This document shows positions 42,910-53,952 of a DNA stretch of 64,000 nucleotides, in pieces; position 1 is the first letter of the stretch; every line of letters starts with the position of its first letter. This DNA comes from Candidatus Eiseniibacteriota bacterium (GTDB taxonomy: Bacteria > Eisenbacteria > RBG-16-71-46), in NCBI GenBank assembly GCA_963725865.1, contig CAVSAC010000014.1, forward strand, positions 1,536,001-1,600,000. The letters run 5' to 3'. The notes beneath the pieces were generated by a model. That model was not told the origin of the DNA. It did no database searches and saw only the letters and a list, made by a program, of their open reading frames with translations. A program made the translations under genes and the position numbers.

Positions 42910-44095
42910 CCGCGGCGAGGGCGCGCGGCAGCTCGCGTGGCTGGTCGCGCTGCTCGGCGTGATCGCGGTGGCGCCCGGCGTCGCGGACGCGGCACGCTCG
43001 GATTCCCTGCGCCGCGTGACCGGGATCCACGTCAGCGACGAGGGCATCCGCATCCGCGGTGGCGGTCGCGACACGACGCTTGCGGGCGATTCGCTGAGCG
43101 AGCCGGTCGATGCCACCATCGACGTCGGCGACCGTGCGGTGCGCATCCGGGGCAATGTCATCGAGACCCGCCAGGGCGGCAAGGACGTGCGTGTCGTCGG
43201 GCCGGTCGTCCTCGTCAACGGCGAGGGCGCGGACATGGTGCGCGTCTTCGCCGACGCCGAGGTTCCGGCGGGGCAGCGGGTCGAAGGCGACGTGGTGGCG
43301 GTGTTCGGGTCGGTCACGGTGAAGGGCGAGGTGTCGGGCAATGCGGTCTCGGTGTTCGGCTCGCTGCGATTGGAGCCGGGCGCGGTGGTGGACGGCGACG
43401 CGGTCGCGGTCGGCGGCGTGCTCGACCAGCAGCCCGGCGCCACCGTCAGCGGGCAGAGCGTGTCGATCGAGCCGGGCTTCGACCGGCACCGCATCCCGGG
43501 CCTGGTGCTCGGTCACTCGGGCGTGCTCCTGCTGCTCGTCCTCGCGGCGATCCTGCCGGTGCTGGCCGGCTGGCTGTTCCTGCTGATCGCCCCTTCGCGC
43601 ATGCTGCGCGTGGCGGTGACCGCCACCCGGCGCCCGTTCGTCTCGCTGCTGCTCGGGCTGGTCGCGGGCCCGCTCATGATCATCGCCCTGGTGCTGCTGC
43701 TGGTGACCGTGGTCGGGATCCCGATCGCGCTGCTGCTGCCGATCCTTTTCTGCCTCGTGGCATGGGCCGGACAGGTGGCGACCACCTACGTGATGGGCTG
43801 CCGCCTCATGCGCCGCCGCCTCGGAGAAGGGGGCTCGGTATGGCCCTACATCGCGGGCACGTTGTTCGTCGGCCTGCTGGTGGCGCTCGGCTTCGCCGGA
43901 CTCGTGCTGCCGGGCCCGCTGAAGCCGATCGGGTTGTTCTTCCTCATGCTCAGCACGCTGCTCGCGCTGGGGCTCAACCTGATCGGCACCGGTGCCGCGT
44001 TGCTCTCCAAGCTCGGGACCACGCCCCGCGACGTGGTGGCCGGCCGCGATGCGCTCGTGGTGGGCCACGGCGCCGTGGGTGCCGCCGGCAGCTGA
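42887..44095 (+). CDS. Membrane protein with bactofilin-like (polymer-forming) repeats
   Basis: Repeats VEGDVVAVFGSV / VSGNAVSVFGSL / VDGDAVAVGGV followed by about 5 TM segments. Confidence 0.75.
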   Translation: MSASWASSRGEGARQLAWLVALLGVIAVAPGVADAARSDSLRRVTGIHVSDEGIRIRGGGRDTTLAGDSLSEPVDATIDVGDRAVRIRGNVIETRQGGKDVRVVGPVVLVNGEGADMVRVFADAEVPAGQRVEGDVVAVFGSVTVKGEVSGNAVSVFGSLRLEPGAVVDGDAVAVGGVLDQQPGATVSGQSVSIEPGFDRHRIPGLVLGHSGVLLLLVLAAILPVLAGWLFLLIAPSRMLRVAVTATRRPFVSLLLGLVAGPLMIIALVLLLVTVVGIPIALLLPILFCLVAWAGQVATTYVMGCRLMRRRLGEGGSVWPYIAGTLFVGLLVALGFAGLVLPGPLKPIGLFFLMLSTLLALGLNLIGTGAALLSKLGTTPRDVVAGRDALVVGHGAVGAAGS

Positions 44096-44125
44096 GCGAG
44101 CGAGACGGCCTCCGGACGACCCGAG

Positions 44126-44186
44126 AGCCCCCGTGGGTGAGCCCACCCACGGGGGCTTCGGCGTCTGGGAAGGCTCACCCACGGGG
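44126..44186. repeat. Overlapping inverted repeats (mutually exclusive hairpins) after the ECF operon
   Basis: 44126-44139 pairs with 44144-44157 (14 bp); 44129-44143 pairs with 44172-44186 (15 bp). Confidence 0.8.
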
Positions 44187-44309
44187 ACGCGCCCGAACTC
44201 GGAGCCAGCCCCGCGCCGGATCTCGAGACGACCTGGGCCGCACCTGCAAGTGCCATCTACCAGGGCACCTCCGGAAGCCGTGCCCGCCGCGCCGCGGCCC
44301 GGGCATGCG

Positions 44310-44324
44310 TGGCACGTTCATCGC
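44310..44324 (+). promoter_or_regulatory. Putative sigma54 -24/-12 promoter
   Basis: TGGCAC-GTTCA-TCGC (GG-N10-GC) just upstream of the CDS at 44339. Confidence 0.55.
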
Positions 44325-44338
44325 GTTGATGGATGGTC

Positions 44339-45352
44339 ATGGAACCGCTCGCGATCATCCGCCGCTCCGGTCTCGGCCTGTTCGGGACGCTGCTCGGCGC
44401 TCTGCTCCTGGCCGCCGTGGCGCGCGCCACCGAACTGGGGGTGGGCGGTTCCGCGCCGGCGCTGGTGATCCACGATGCCGACGAGACGCTGCGTTCGTGG
44501 TGCCGCACGGATGACACCGGGCATCTGTGGCTGACGCTCCCCGGCGGCGCGCGCTTCGAGCTGGTGACCTCGACCGCCGACCCGGCGATCGCGAACCCCG
44601 GCGACGGCCGGTTCCATCCGTTCGAGGCGGCCGAGGTGCACGCCGCGCTCACCGAGCTGGACTATCCAGTCGATGGCATGCGCGCCCACGTCTTCGTGCT
44701 GCCCTACCCGCGCCGCGCCGGCCTCGAGTCGGCGGCGGGACCGGGCCTCATCCTGCTCGCGCCCGGCGTGCGTCCGCTGTCGCGCGAGCAACAGCACGCG
44801 GAGTTCGTGCACGAGCTGGGGCACGTGGTGCAGTACGCGAAGCTGCCGGACGGGGACGGTGCCGACTGGGCGACCTACCGACGGCTGCGCGGGATCGAGG
44901 ACGCGACCCGCTACTCGGCCGACGCTCCGCACGACCAGCGCCCTCACGAGATCTTCGCCGAGGACTTCCGGGCGCTGTTCGGGGGCGCGGCGGCCAACTA
45001 CTCGGGCACCATCGAGAACGCGTCGCTGACTCCGCCGCAGGAGGTGCCCGGGCTGCGCACCTTCGTGCTGTCGCTGGTCGGAGCCTCGCTGCAGGCGCAC
45101 CTGGCGGTGAGCCCGAATCCGAGCCATGGCGTGGTGGTGTTCGCACGCGCCGGGGAGAGCATGGCGGTGCTCGACGTGTTCGACGTGAGCGGCCGCCGCC
45201 TGGCGACGGTGCCCGCGGCCGCGGTCGCCGGTGGCACCGAATGGCACTGGGACGGCCGCGATGTTCGCGGCACCCGCCCGGGTCCCGCGATCGTGTTCGC
45301 GCGCGAGCGCACGGCGGCTGCCACGACCGTGCGGCTCACGCTGATCCCGTAG
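44339..45352 (+). CDS. Secreted putative zinc metallopeptidase with C-terminal sorting domain
   Basis: Hydrophobic N-terminus; HELGH (HEXXH) plus downstream EIFAEDF; C-terminus SPNPS...DVFDVSGRR...WDGRD. Confidence 0.75.
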   Translation: MEPLAIIRRSGLGLFGTLLGALLLAAVARATELGVGGSAPALVIHDADETLRSWCRTDDTGHLWLTLPGGARFELVTSTADPAIANPGDGRFHPFEAAEVHAALTELDYPVDGMRAHVFVLPYPRRAGLESAAGPGLILLAPGVRPLSREQQHAEFVHELGHVVQYAKLPDGDGADWATYRRLRGIEDATRYSADAPHDQRPHEIFAEDFRALFGGAAANYSGTIENASLTPPQEVPGLRTFVLSLVGASLQAHLAVSPNPSHGVVVFARAGESMAVLDVFDVSGRRLATVPAAAVAGGTEWHWDGRDVRGTRPGPAIVFARERTAAATTVRLTLIP

Positions 45353-45422
45353 TCCCCCCGACTCCTCGGCCTCCGGGTCCCACGGCTCCGCGCCGACCTT
45401 CGGCGCGCCGCCCGAACCGGTG

Positions 45423-46082
45423 TCAGGGCCGCGGCCGCGGCAGCACGTCCTCCGTGCGCGCGCGGGCACGCTGATCCCCGAGCCCCGCGAAGTTGCGCAC
45501 CGCGTCGAACGCCGAGCGGGGCAGCTCGGTGATGGCACCGAAGCCCGCCTGCCGCTTGTCCACCACCTCGCCCGACAGCCAGCCCTCCACCTCGGCGACG
45601 TCCTCGATGCTGAGCGGTCTCAGCGTCGCGGTGACGACGGCGTAGTAGCGGGCGCCGAGCACCAGGCGGTCGCTGCGCCCGATCGGCAGCGCGAGCGGAC
45701 GGTTCAGCACCACCGCCACCGAATCGAGGGTACCCAGCACCAGCGGGGTCGCGCCCACCCGCTCGATCCGATAGACGCGATTCCAGACCTCATACCGGAT
45801 CCGGATCGACGCGTCGAAGCTGCTCTCGAGCCGGTCGAACCAGCCATTGCGGCGGCGCCACAGCTCGGCGTGCAGCTCGAGCGTCGCCGGCATGCCGCGT
45901 TCGAGGCTCTCGGCGATGCGTGGCGCGAGCACGTCGTCGAGCCGCACGTCACACCAGATGCTGCCGTCCCGCTCGCGCGGCCCCGCGACCGTGGCCTGGA
46001 GCGCCCGCGCCGCGGGCGGCCAGGCAAGCCCCAGCGCGAGCGCGGCCAGCAGCGCGCGGCGGAGCGGGGAGCGTGAGGGCAT
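45423..46082 (-). CDS. DUF4390 domain secreted protein
   Basis: Signal peptide; ESLERGMP...ELWRRR..WFD...IRYEVW..VYR. Confidence 0.75.
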   Translation of the reverse strand: MPSRSPLRRALLAALALGLAWPPAARALQATVAGPRERDGSIWCDVRLDDVLAPRIAESLERGMPATLELHAELWRRRNGWFDRLESSFDASIRIRYEVWNRVYRIERVGATPLVLGTLDSVAVVLNRPLALPIGRSDRLVLGARYYAVVTATLRPLSIEDVAEVEGWLSGEVVDKRQAGFGAITELPRSAFDAVRNFAGLGDQRARARTEDVLPRPRP

Positions 46083-46095
46083 GGGGCCTCGCGGA

Positions 46096-47436
46096 TCAGA
46101 ACGGGCGTTGCAGGCGCAGCGTGATCACGAATCCGGAATCCGGGTCGCGCAGGTCGCGCGCGAAGTACACGCGCAGGTCGTCGTCCGAGGTGCCGATCCC
46201 GAATCCGCCATCGCACGCGATGTGCTGTCGCCGCAGATCGAAATCGGTGCCCGGTGCGTCCCAGGCGCGGCCCCCGTCGACGAACGCGAGCAGCTGCAGC
46301 CCACCCTGGAAGGGCGCACCGGTGAGCGTCCACAAGCCGAGCACGTACTCGGCCTGGGCCAGCACCAGTCGGTCGCCGCGATAGGCCGAGAAGGCGTGCG
46401 CCCGCAGGCCGTCGACGCCGCCGAGCGTGAACTGCTTCTGCGCGGGGAGCGTCCCGTCCAGGTTGGTGCCGCCTACGGCGCGCACGAGCAACGAGGCGGC
46501 GGGCGACAGGCGCAGCACGCTGCGCACGTCCGCCAGCGCTCGCGTGTACTCGAAGTCGCCGCCGAGCCCGCCGCCGGCACGCTCCAGCTCGATCCAGTGA
46601 TAGAGCCCGGCCCGCATCGCTCGCGTGCGGTGCATGAGACGCTCGCTCCGCAGGGCCACGGTGTGCGCCTGCCCCTCGTCGATCGGCGGGTTGTCGCGCA
46701 GCTCGCGGTCGCGGTGGAACCACGAACGCGTGCCCGGGACCAGCGCCAGCGAGCGATAGCGGTCGTTGCGCACGTGGATGCCGACGGTCGAGAAGTCCGG
46801 CACCCGCCACGACAGGTAGGCACCGAATCCCTCGCGCTCGAAGTAGTCGCGGTAGTCCTGGCGGCCGAACAGCAGCGCCAGGCTGTTCTCGAAATCCTCG
46901 ACCTGCTGCAGCTCGCTGTGATCCGTGGCGCGTATCATCGAGACACCGGCCGCCAGGCGCCCCGGACGCGCGAGCGGCTGCTCGAGCTGCACTCCGTACA
47001 GGATGCGCTCGCGATCGGTCGCGTACCCCAGCCGCACGCCGACCCGTGGATCCAGCGGCTCCGACGACTGCATCTCCCAACCGGCTCCGAAGCGCACGCG
47101 GTCCACGCGGTTGTAGTCGAACAGCAGCTCGCCATTCCGCCGCGAAGGATCGGAGCGCCATTCGTCGGGGTCGGTGATGAGACGATCCCCGATCGGCGGG
47201 CGCAGCCAGCCGCAGTCGTCCGACGATCCGGCGCGGACGTGGCGGCGGGCACCCTGGTGCTGCGGGCGGAACTCGAACGGATCGGAATCGGGATCGTCGG
47301 GGGTCACGGGGCGGAACTCAAGCGGACCACTGGACGAATCCGGCTGTGCGGGGGATTGCGCGCGCGCCATGGGCGTGACGAGCACGCCCAGCGCCGCGCA
47401 CAGCAACGTGGCGGCGAGGGGGCGATGAGGGTTCAC
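46096..47436 (-). CDS. BamA/TamA-like outer-membrane beta-barrel protein (no evident POTRA domains)
   Basis: GGAGG + GTG start; signal peptide; YNRVD, F.LGG..GLRAH (RGY-like loop), F.D.G.AW, C-terminal LQRPF. Confidence 0.8.
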   Translation of the reverse strand: MNPHRPLAATLLCAALGVLVTPMARAQSPAQPDSSSGPLEFRPVTPDDPDSDPFEFRPQHQGARRHVRAGSSDDCGWLRPPIGDRLITDPDEWRSDPSRRNGELLFDYNRVDRVRFGAGWEMQSSEPLDPRVGVRLGYATDRERILYGVQLEQPLARPGRLAAGVSMIRATDHSELQQVEDFENSLALLFGRQDYRDYFEREGFGAYLSWRVPDFSTVGIHVRNDRYRSLALVPGTRSWFHRDRELRDNPPIDEGQAHTVALRSERLMHRTRAMRAGLYHWIELERAGGGLGGDFEYTRALADVRSVLRLSPAASLLVRAVGGTNLDGTLPAQKQFTLGGVDGLRAHAFSAYRGDRLVLAQAEYVLGLWTLTGAPFQGGLQLLAFVDGGRAWDAPGTDFDLRRQHIACDGGFGIGTSDDDLRVYFARDLRDPDSGFVITLRLQRPF

Positions 47437-47479
47437 GGTGCCTCCGGAGTGCAGGACAGGGGACGCACCCGGTGGGCTC

Positions 47480-47494
47480 GCAATGTGCGTTCCA
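47480..47494 (-). promoter_or_regulatory. sigma54 -24/-12 promoter for the OMP-DUF4390 operon
   Basis: Minus strand TGGAAC-GCACA-TTGC, about 45 bp upstream of the GTG. Confidence 0.75.
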
Positions 47495-47638
47495 TGGCGT
47501 GTGCTGCGGGGCCGGCCGGTGGCGCCACCGCGGCCGGGCGGTCGGCCCAGAGGGCGTTCCCCTGCAGTCCCGTGGACGCTCCCGCCGCCGACCTCGCGCG
47601 CCGGTTCGCGGCCGCGCGGGCGACCGGAATGCGACCAC

Positions 47639-47678
47639 TGTGGCGGAGCCGCCGCCGCGCTGTGGCGGTGGCGCCACA
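47639..47678. promoter_or_regulatory. Tandem upstream activator sequences (putative EBP binding sites)
   Basis: Perfect palindrome TGTGGCG-N4-CGCCACA (47661-47678) plus an imperfect copy starting 22 bp away (47639); about 145-185 bp upstream of the -24 box. Confidence 0.65.
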
Positions 47679-47728
47679 AGCCTTCCTCGGCGCGCGGGTC
47701 GCTCCCGGGCCCGCCTTCCGCGGCATGC

Positions 47729-49080
<1,352 letters not shown>

Positions 49081-49084
<4 letters not shown>

Positions 49085-50595
49085 GCGATTGCGGCTCCTG
49101 GGTGCGGGTCTTCGAGCGGCAGGGACAGCCGCGCTCGCGCGCCGCCCCTGTCGCGGTCCTCCAGCGTCACGGTCCCGCCGTGCTGAGACGCGATGTCGCG
49201 CACCAGCGAGAGCCCGAGTCCGCTGCCGCGGCGCTTGGTGCTGACGTACGGCTCGAACACGCGGCCGCGCAGCTCTTCCGGCAGCCCCGGACCGCGGTCG
49301 AGCACCTCGACTACGGCCGCGCCGCCGAGGTGCGACGCCCGCAGTTCCACCACTCCACCGGGCGGACTCGCTTCACAAGCGTTGATCAGCAGGTTATGCA
49401 GGGCGCGTGAGAGCAGCAAGCGATCCCCCCGAACCGGCAGCGGGCCGGGGGCGTCTACCGTCAGCGTCAATCCCTCTGGCTCGTGGAGGCACGCCACCTG
49501 GCGAGCGATTTCGGCCAGGTCGCATGGTTCGAGGCGCGGGTCTGGCAGACGCGCATACTGCGCGAACTGCTCCGCGAGTCGTCCCAGATGCTCGATCTCG
49601 GCCAGGAGCGCTCCGAGACTCTCCTCGACCACCGCGCGTTCCGCGCCCGGTACCGAGCCGACACGCTTCTGAAGCCGATGCAGAGAAAGCCGCATCGGTG
49701 TGAGTGGGTTCTTGATCTCGTGGGCGAGTCGGCGCGCGACTTCCCGCCACGCGGCTTCGCGCTCCGCCTGACGCAGCTGGTCGCGCGCGGTCGCCAGGCG
49801 CTCGCGCATGGTGTTGAACGAACGCGCCAGCGAGTGCATCTCCCGCGCCCCGGTGGGCTCCAGTCGCGTCTCGAGGTCGCCGGCGGCCACCCGCTCGAGC
49901 GCGCCCGCGATGTCGGCCAGCGGGCGCGTCATTCCGCCCGCGACCGTGGTCGCCAGCCAGACGGCGAGCAAACCAAGCACCAGGACGAGTGCGGCCACGA
50001 GCAGCCATACATAGCGTCGCTGCACGTCGACGACCACACCGAGCCTGCGATAGTAGGCCGCCCCGATCGCCACGGTGTCGGCGCGCGCGAAGAAGTCCGG
50101 CGCGACCCAGACGCCCACTGCCACGGCGCGGTCCTGGCCGGCCGCGGCCACGCCCGCGAGCGCACCCTGCCCCGACCGCACGAGCCGGGTTCCGGCCAGC
50201 GCCGCCTCGAGATCGTCGCCGAGATCGAGCGGGCGCGGCGCCAACACCCCTTCCGGAATACGCTGGGCCTCGAGCCTCCAACGGCCCTCGTCCCGGTGAT
50301 AGATCTGCGCGAAGTCGAGCCCCTGAGTGCGCAGCGCCGCTCGCGCGTCCGCGGGCGCCCCGATCGCTGGCCACCGCGCGGCCCACGCCTCCGCTTGAGC
50401 GGTCAGCATGGCCTCGATCCGAGTCTCGCTCGCGCGCGTGACCTCGAGCGCGGATTCCAGCGCACGATCCACACCGGGACGAAACCAGCGCGCGGTCGAA
50501 CGACCGAGCTGATCGATCGTGAAGATCGTGAAGATCAAGGTGGGCAGCAGCGCGAGGGCGAGCAGCGCGACGACGAGACGCGCTCGAAGGGTCAC
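49081..50595 (-). CDS. Sensor histidine kinase (NtrY-like; HAMP-HisKA-HATPase)
   Basis: Two TM segments, HAMP, AAWREVARRLAHEIKNPLTP, N..EA, DRGPG, GSGLGL. Confidence 0.95.
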
Positions 50596-50618
50596 GGTGC
50601 GCCCGTGCGGGGGAGCAG

Positions 50619-51692
50619 TCACGCTCCGGCGCCGAGCCCTCCGAGTTGGCCGCATGCCGCCCAGATCTCCCCGCCGAGCGTGTTGCGCACCATGACGGCG
50701 GGCGCGCGCGGGAACAGGCTCCGCGCGAACGCCTCGACGGCCGCCGCCGGGGGCCGCTGCCACGGCAATCCAGGCACCGGGTTGTACGGGATGAGGTTGA
50801 TCTTGCTGGGCAGCTCACGAGCGATGCGCGCGAGCCGTTCCGCATCCTCTTCGCGGTCGTTCACGCCAGCGATGAGCGTGTATTCGAGCGTGACGCGGCG
50901 ACCGCTCGCCGCGCCGTAGGCCCGCGCGGCGGCCAGCACCTCGGCCAGCGGCCAGCGGCGGTTGATCGGCATCAGCCGCGTGCGGAGCTCGTCGGTCGTG
51001 GCGTGCAGTGAGAGCGCGAGCCCCAGCGCGAGCCCTTCGCGCGCAAGTTCGTACATCGGCGGAACCAGGCCACTCGTCGAGACCGTGATGCGTCGCGCGC
51101 CCAGGTTGAGCCCGTGCGGGTCGTTCAGGATGCGGATCGCGTCCACCACTGGGCGGTAGTTGTGCAGAGGTTCGCCCATCCCCATGAAAACGAGATTGAA
51201 GCGCTCGTCCTGCCATCCGTGCCGGTCGCCCATCAGGATCACCTGCGCGACGATCTCCTCCGCCCGCAAGTGACGCTTCAGTCCCATCAGCCCGGTGGCG
51301 CAGAACGCGCATTTCAGCGCGCACCCCACCTGACTGGAGATGCAGAACGTGAGGCGTTTGTCGGTGCGCATCGAGACACTCTCGAGGCGCGCCCCATCGT
51401 CGAGCGCCAGCACGAACTTGTGGGTGAGGCCATCGCCGGTCCGATGCACCGACTCCAACTTCGGCAGGCGAAGGTCGCACACCTCGGACAGGCACTCGCG
51501 CAGCGCGGTGGGGAGATTGGTCATACCGGGCGCGGAGCGCATTCGCTTCCCGTAGACCCAGCCGAACAACTGGCCCGCACGGTAGGCCGGCAGGCCCCGC
51601 TCGACGAGACGTTCGGCGAGCATCGTGCGGCTGAGGCCGTAGAAGCTCGGGCTGGCCGGGATTTCGGCCGGTAGAAGTGGCGCGCTGGACAT
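50619..51692 (-). CDS. rlmN: 23S rRNA (adenine(2503)-C2)-methyltransferase RlmN
   Basis: CISSQVGCALKCAFCATG, FMGMGEP, SLHA, NLIPYNP, AACGQL. Confidence 0.98.
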   Translation of the reverse strand: MSSAPLLPAEIPASPSFYGLSRTMLAERLVERGLPAYRAGQLFGWVYGKRMRSAPGMTNLPTALRECLSEVCDLRLPKLESVHRTGDGLTHKFVLALDDGARLESVSMRTDKRLTFCISSQVGCALKCAFCATGLMGLKRHLRAEEIVAQVILMGDRHGWQDERFNLVFMGMGEPLHNYRPVVDAIRILNDPHGLNLGARRITVSTSGLVPPMYELAREGLALGLALSLHATTDELRTRLMPINRRWPLAEVLAAARAYGAASGRRVTLEYTLIAGVNDREEDAERLARIARELPSKINLIPYNPVPGLPWQRPPAAAVEAFARSLFPRAPAVMVRNTLGGEIWAACGQLGGLGAGA

Positions 51693-51768
51693 GGGATCTC
51701 GCCGGGTGGGGTGTAGGACGGCCAGAGGCTAACAGCCTGCCCTGTTGCGGTCAACGAGTGGAGATGGT

Positions 51769-52332
51769 ATGCATCAGCGTGCAATGAAATCGACAGCTGA
51801 CCATTCCAGAGGGTTGATGGCCTGCCTCGGCGACTCCTCCCGTTTCCGGATCGTCGCACAGCTGGCACACGGGGAGCGATGTGTGAGCGACCTGGCGCAT
51901 GCGGTCGCTCTCTCGCAGTCGTGCACCACTCGTCACCTGCAGGCACTCGCACGAGCGGGACTCGTGCGGGGCGAGCGACGAGGGAAGTGCGTGATGTTCC
52001 GACTGAGCGTGGACGATCCGCACGCTGGAGGTCTACTGCGCTGGATCCGACGCGAGGAGCTGGAAGACTCCCCCGCGGACATGGGCTGGCCGAGCGACTC
52101 GAGCCCGTCCCGCGGCTCGAACCCGCCCGTTCCGGCCCGCGCCGGTCGCGAACATCGCAAACCGAGAAAGACGCCCGTGCCGGCCAGTGCGTCACGGCCG
52201 GGCACTGCCGCAGCCCCGCTCAAGTCTCCTTCAGCGATCGAGACGGCCGAGCAACCCGCTGCTGACGAAGAAGCTGGCGCGAGCCCGCGAGGCGCACCGC
52301 GCTCCCCGGACCTTGAGGATTTCCTACTGTGA
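51769..52332 (+). CDS. ArsR/SmtB family transcriptional regulator with disordered C-terminal tail
   Basis: LGDSSRFRI...GERCVSDLA...LSQS.TTRHL..L..AGLV...RRGK; start uncertain (51769/51784). Confidence 0.85.
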   Translation: MHQRAMKSTADHSRGLMACLGDSSRFRIVAQLAHGERCVSDLAHAVALSQSCTTRHLQALARAGLVRGERRGKCVMFRLSVDDPHAGGLLRWIRREELEDSPADMGWPSDSSPSRGSNPPVPARAGREHRKPRKTPVPASASRPGTAAAPLKSPSAIETAEQPAADEEAGASPRGAPRSPDLEDFLL

Positions 52333-52346
52333 CCTCAGTGTCTTAT

Positions 52347-53303
52347 ATGCGTGTTGGTGCAATCGACATCGGATCGAACTCGGTGCGCATGCTGGTGGCT
52401 GATGTGACGATCGAGGATGGACAGATCGGCGCTTTGACCACGGTGGCGCGCGCAGGAGAACCCTGTCGACTCGCTCGCGGCCTCGACCGATCGGGGCTGG
52501 TGGACGCTGAGATGGCGACCCGCGCTGGGCAGGTGGTCAGCGAGTTCTCCCGCCGAGCGGCCGGATTGGGGGCGATCCGCGTGGTCGTCGGGGCCACCGC
52601 GGCGCTCCGAGGCGCGACCAACGGAGCCGAGGTTGCGCGCGCCATCGAGCAACGCGCGGGTGTTCAGATTCGAATTCTAAGTGGGGAGGATGAGGCCCAG
52701 TTGGTCTATCGCGCGGTCGTGCTGGGGTTCGGAGCGATCGCACGCGGGCACCCCTGCGTGGTCTTTGATCTGGGCGGCGGAAGCACTGAGGTCGTGAGCG
52801 GCTATGGCGAACGACCTGGACGCTGGACCAGCCTGCCATTCGGAGCCGTCAGTCTCACCGAGCGCCATCTGCATCCGGACAGTCCGGAGGTAGATCGACT
52901 CGGCGGGCTGAGGGAGCGGGTGCGAGGCGAAGTAATGCATGAATGTGCATATATGCCTGAACGTGCATCTTTACTCGCCGGTGTTGGAGGGACTGTGACC
53001 GTGTTGGCATCAATGGATCTGGGACTGAGTGGGTACGATCCGGCCCGAATCGAGGGCTGGACCATTCTGCGACCGCGCCTCGAGGTGCTGATTGAGCGCG
53101 TTGTTCATGCGTCGCCGGACGAGAGGAGCGGTTGGCCTGTGATGGGGGAGGGACGTGCCGACATCGTGGCCGCTGGGGCGCTGGTCGTCTCGGTGTTGAC
53201 CGAACGCTTCCCTTCCCAAGGCTTGGTCTGCTCGACCCAGGGGCTGCGCTATGGACTTGCGCGGCTCGCCGCCGAAGAGGCTGTGGCTGACCGGCGGCCG
53301 TGA
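52347..53303 (+). CDS. ppx: Ppx/GppA family exopolyphosphatase
   Basis: AIDIGSNSVR, ATAALR.A.N, LSGEDEA, DLGGGSTE, GVGGT, RADIVAAG, GLRYG. Confidence 0.93.
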   Translation: MRVGAIDIGSNSVRMLVADVTIEDGQIGALTTVARAGEPCRLARGLDRSGLVDAEMATRAGQVVSEFSRRAAGLGAIRVVVGATAALRGATNGAEVARAIEQRAGVQIRILSGEDEAQLVYRAVVLGFGAIARGHPCVVFDLGGGSTEVVSGYGERPGRWTSLPFGAVSLTERHLHPDSPEVDRLGGLRERVRGEVMHECAYMPERASLLAGVGGTVTVLASMDLGLSGYDPARIEGWTILRPRLEVLIERVVHASPDERSGWPVMGEGRADIVAAGALVVSVLTERFPSQGLVCSTQGLRYGLARLAAEEAVADRRP

Positions 53304-53520
53304 CCGGTCCGCAGGTCCGGATGGCGCGCCGCCGCCTCTCGTTGAGAGTCGTCAGGCCTTCTGCAAATCTTCGTTGACCGCTCGACAACGCGGGCTGGAT
53401 ACTCAGCGGAGCGGCGAAGAGGTCCCTCAAAACCTTTGTGTGCCTCAAAGAGATTTCCTCCGATCTCGTGGGACGTCCTTTTCATTCCGAATGCCAGTGT
53501 CACGGAGGGAGCGGCACAGC

Positions 53521-53841
53521 ATGACGAGATTCCACAGCAGGCTCCTATTCACTCTGGCTCTGATCATCACGACGTCGGTCGTGGCGGTCACGACGAGTTC
53601 TGCGGTCGAGCGCTGGATCGACGATACAGCGCCTCCGCAGGGCGGCGTGATCCGGCCACATCCGCGGGTGAGGCCAACCTCCGGCGATCCTGATGTCACC
53701 GGGAGTGGCAGTCCCAACGCGCCTCAGAAGGTGGGACCGCTCGCCAGTCGCCCTGTTCTCGGAACTGAGCGCCCGCAGGTCGCTAGCGATCTGATCCGAG
53801 TCGCGGGGAAGATGTGGATGACGTGGTGGCTCGTACGCTGA
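53521..53841 (+). CDS. 106-aa secreted small protein (candidate signalling pro-peptide)
   Basis: GGAGG RBS; Sec signal MTRFHSRLLFTLALIITTSVVAVTTSSA; Pro/Gly/Ser-rich body containing SGDPD; Trp-rich C-terminus KMWMTWWLVR. Confidence 0.7.
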   Translation: MTRFHSRLLFTLALIITTSVVAVTTSSAVERWIDDTAPPQGGVIRPHPRVRPTSGDPDVTGSGSPNAPQKVGPLASRPVLGTERPQVASDLIRVAGKMWMTWWLVR

Positions 53842-53952
53842 CGGCGCGCTGACGCGACCGCCGGCGACCACGAGTACGAACGGCGAACCGGGCCAGCTCG
53901 GCCGGCTTGGCCGGGATGCCAGGGCCAGGACTCAGGAACGAGGGTTCGAAAA

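Noticed and set aside
53469..53484. Possible sigma54 promoter TGGGAC-N5-TTTCA before the pro-peptide gene
   Set aside because: Lacks the conserved -12 GC
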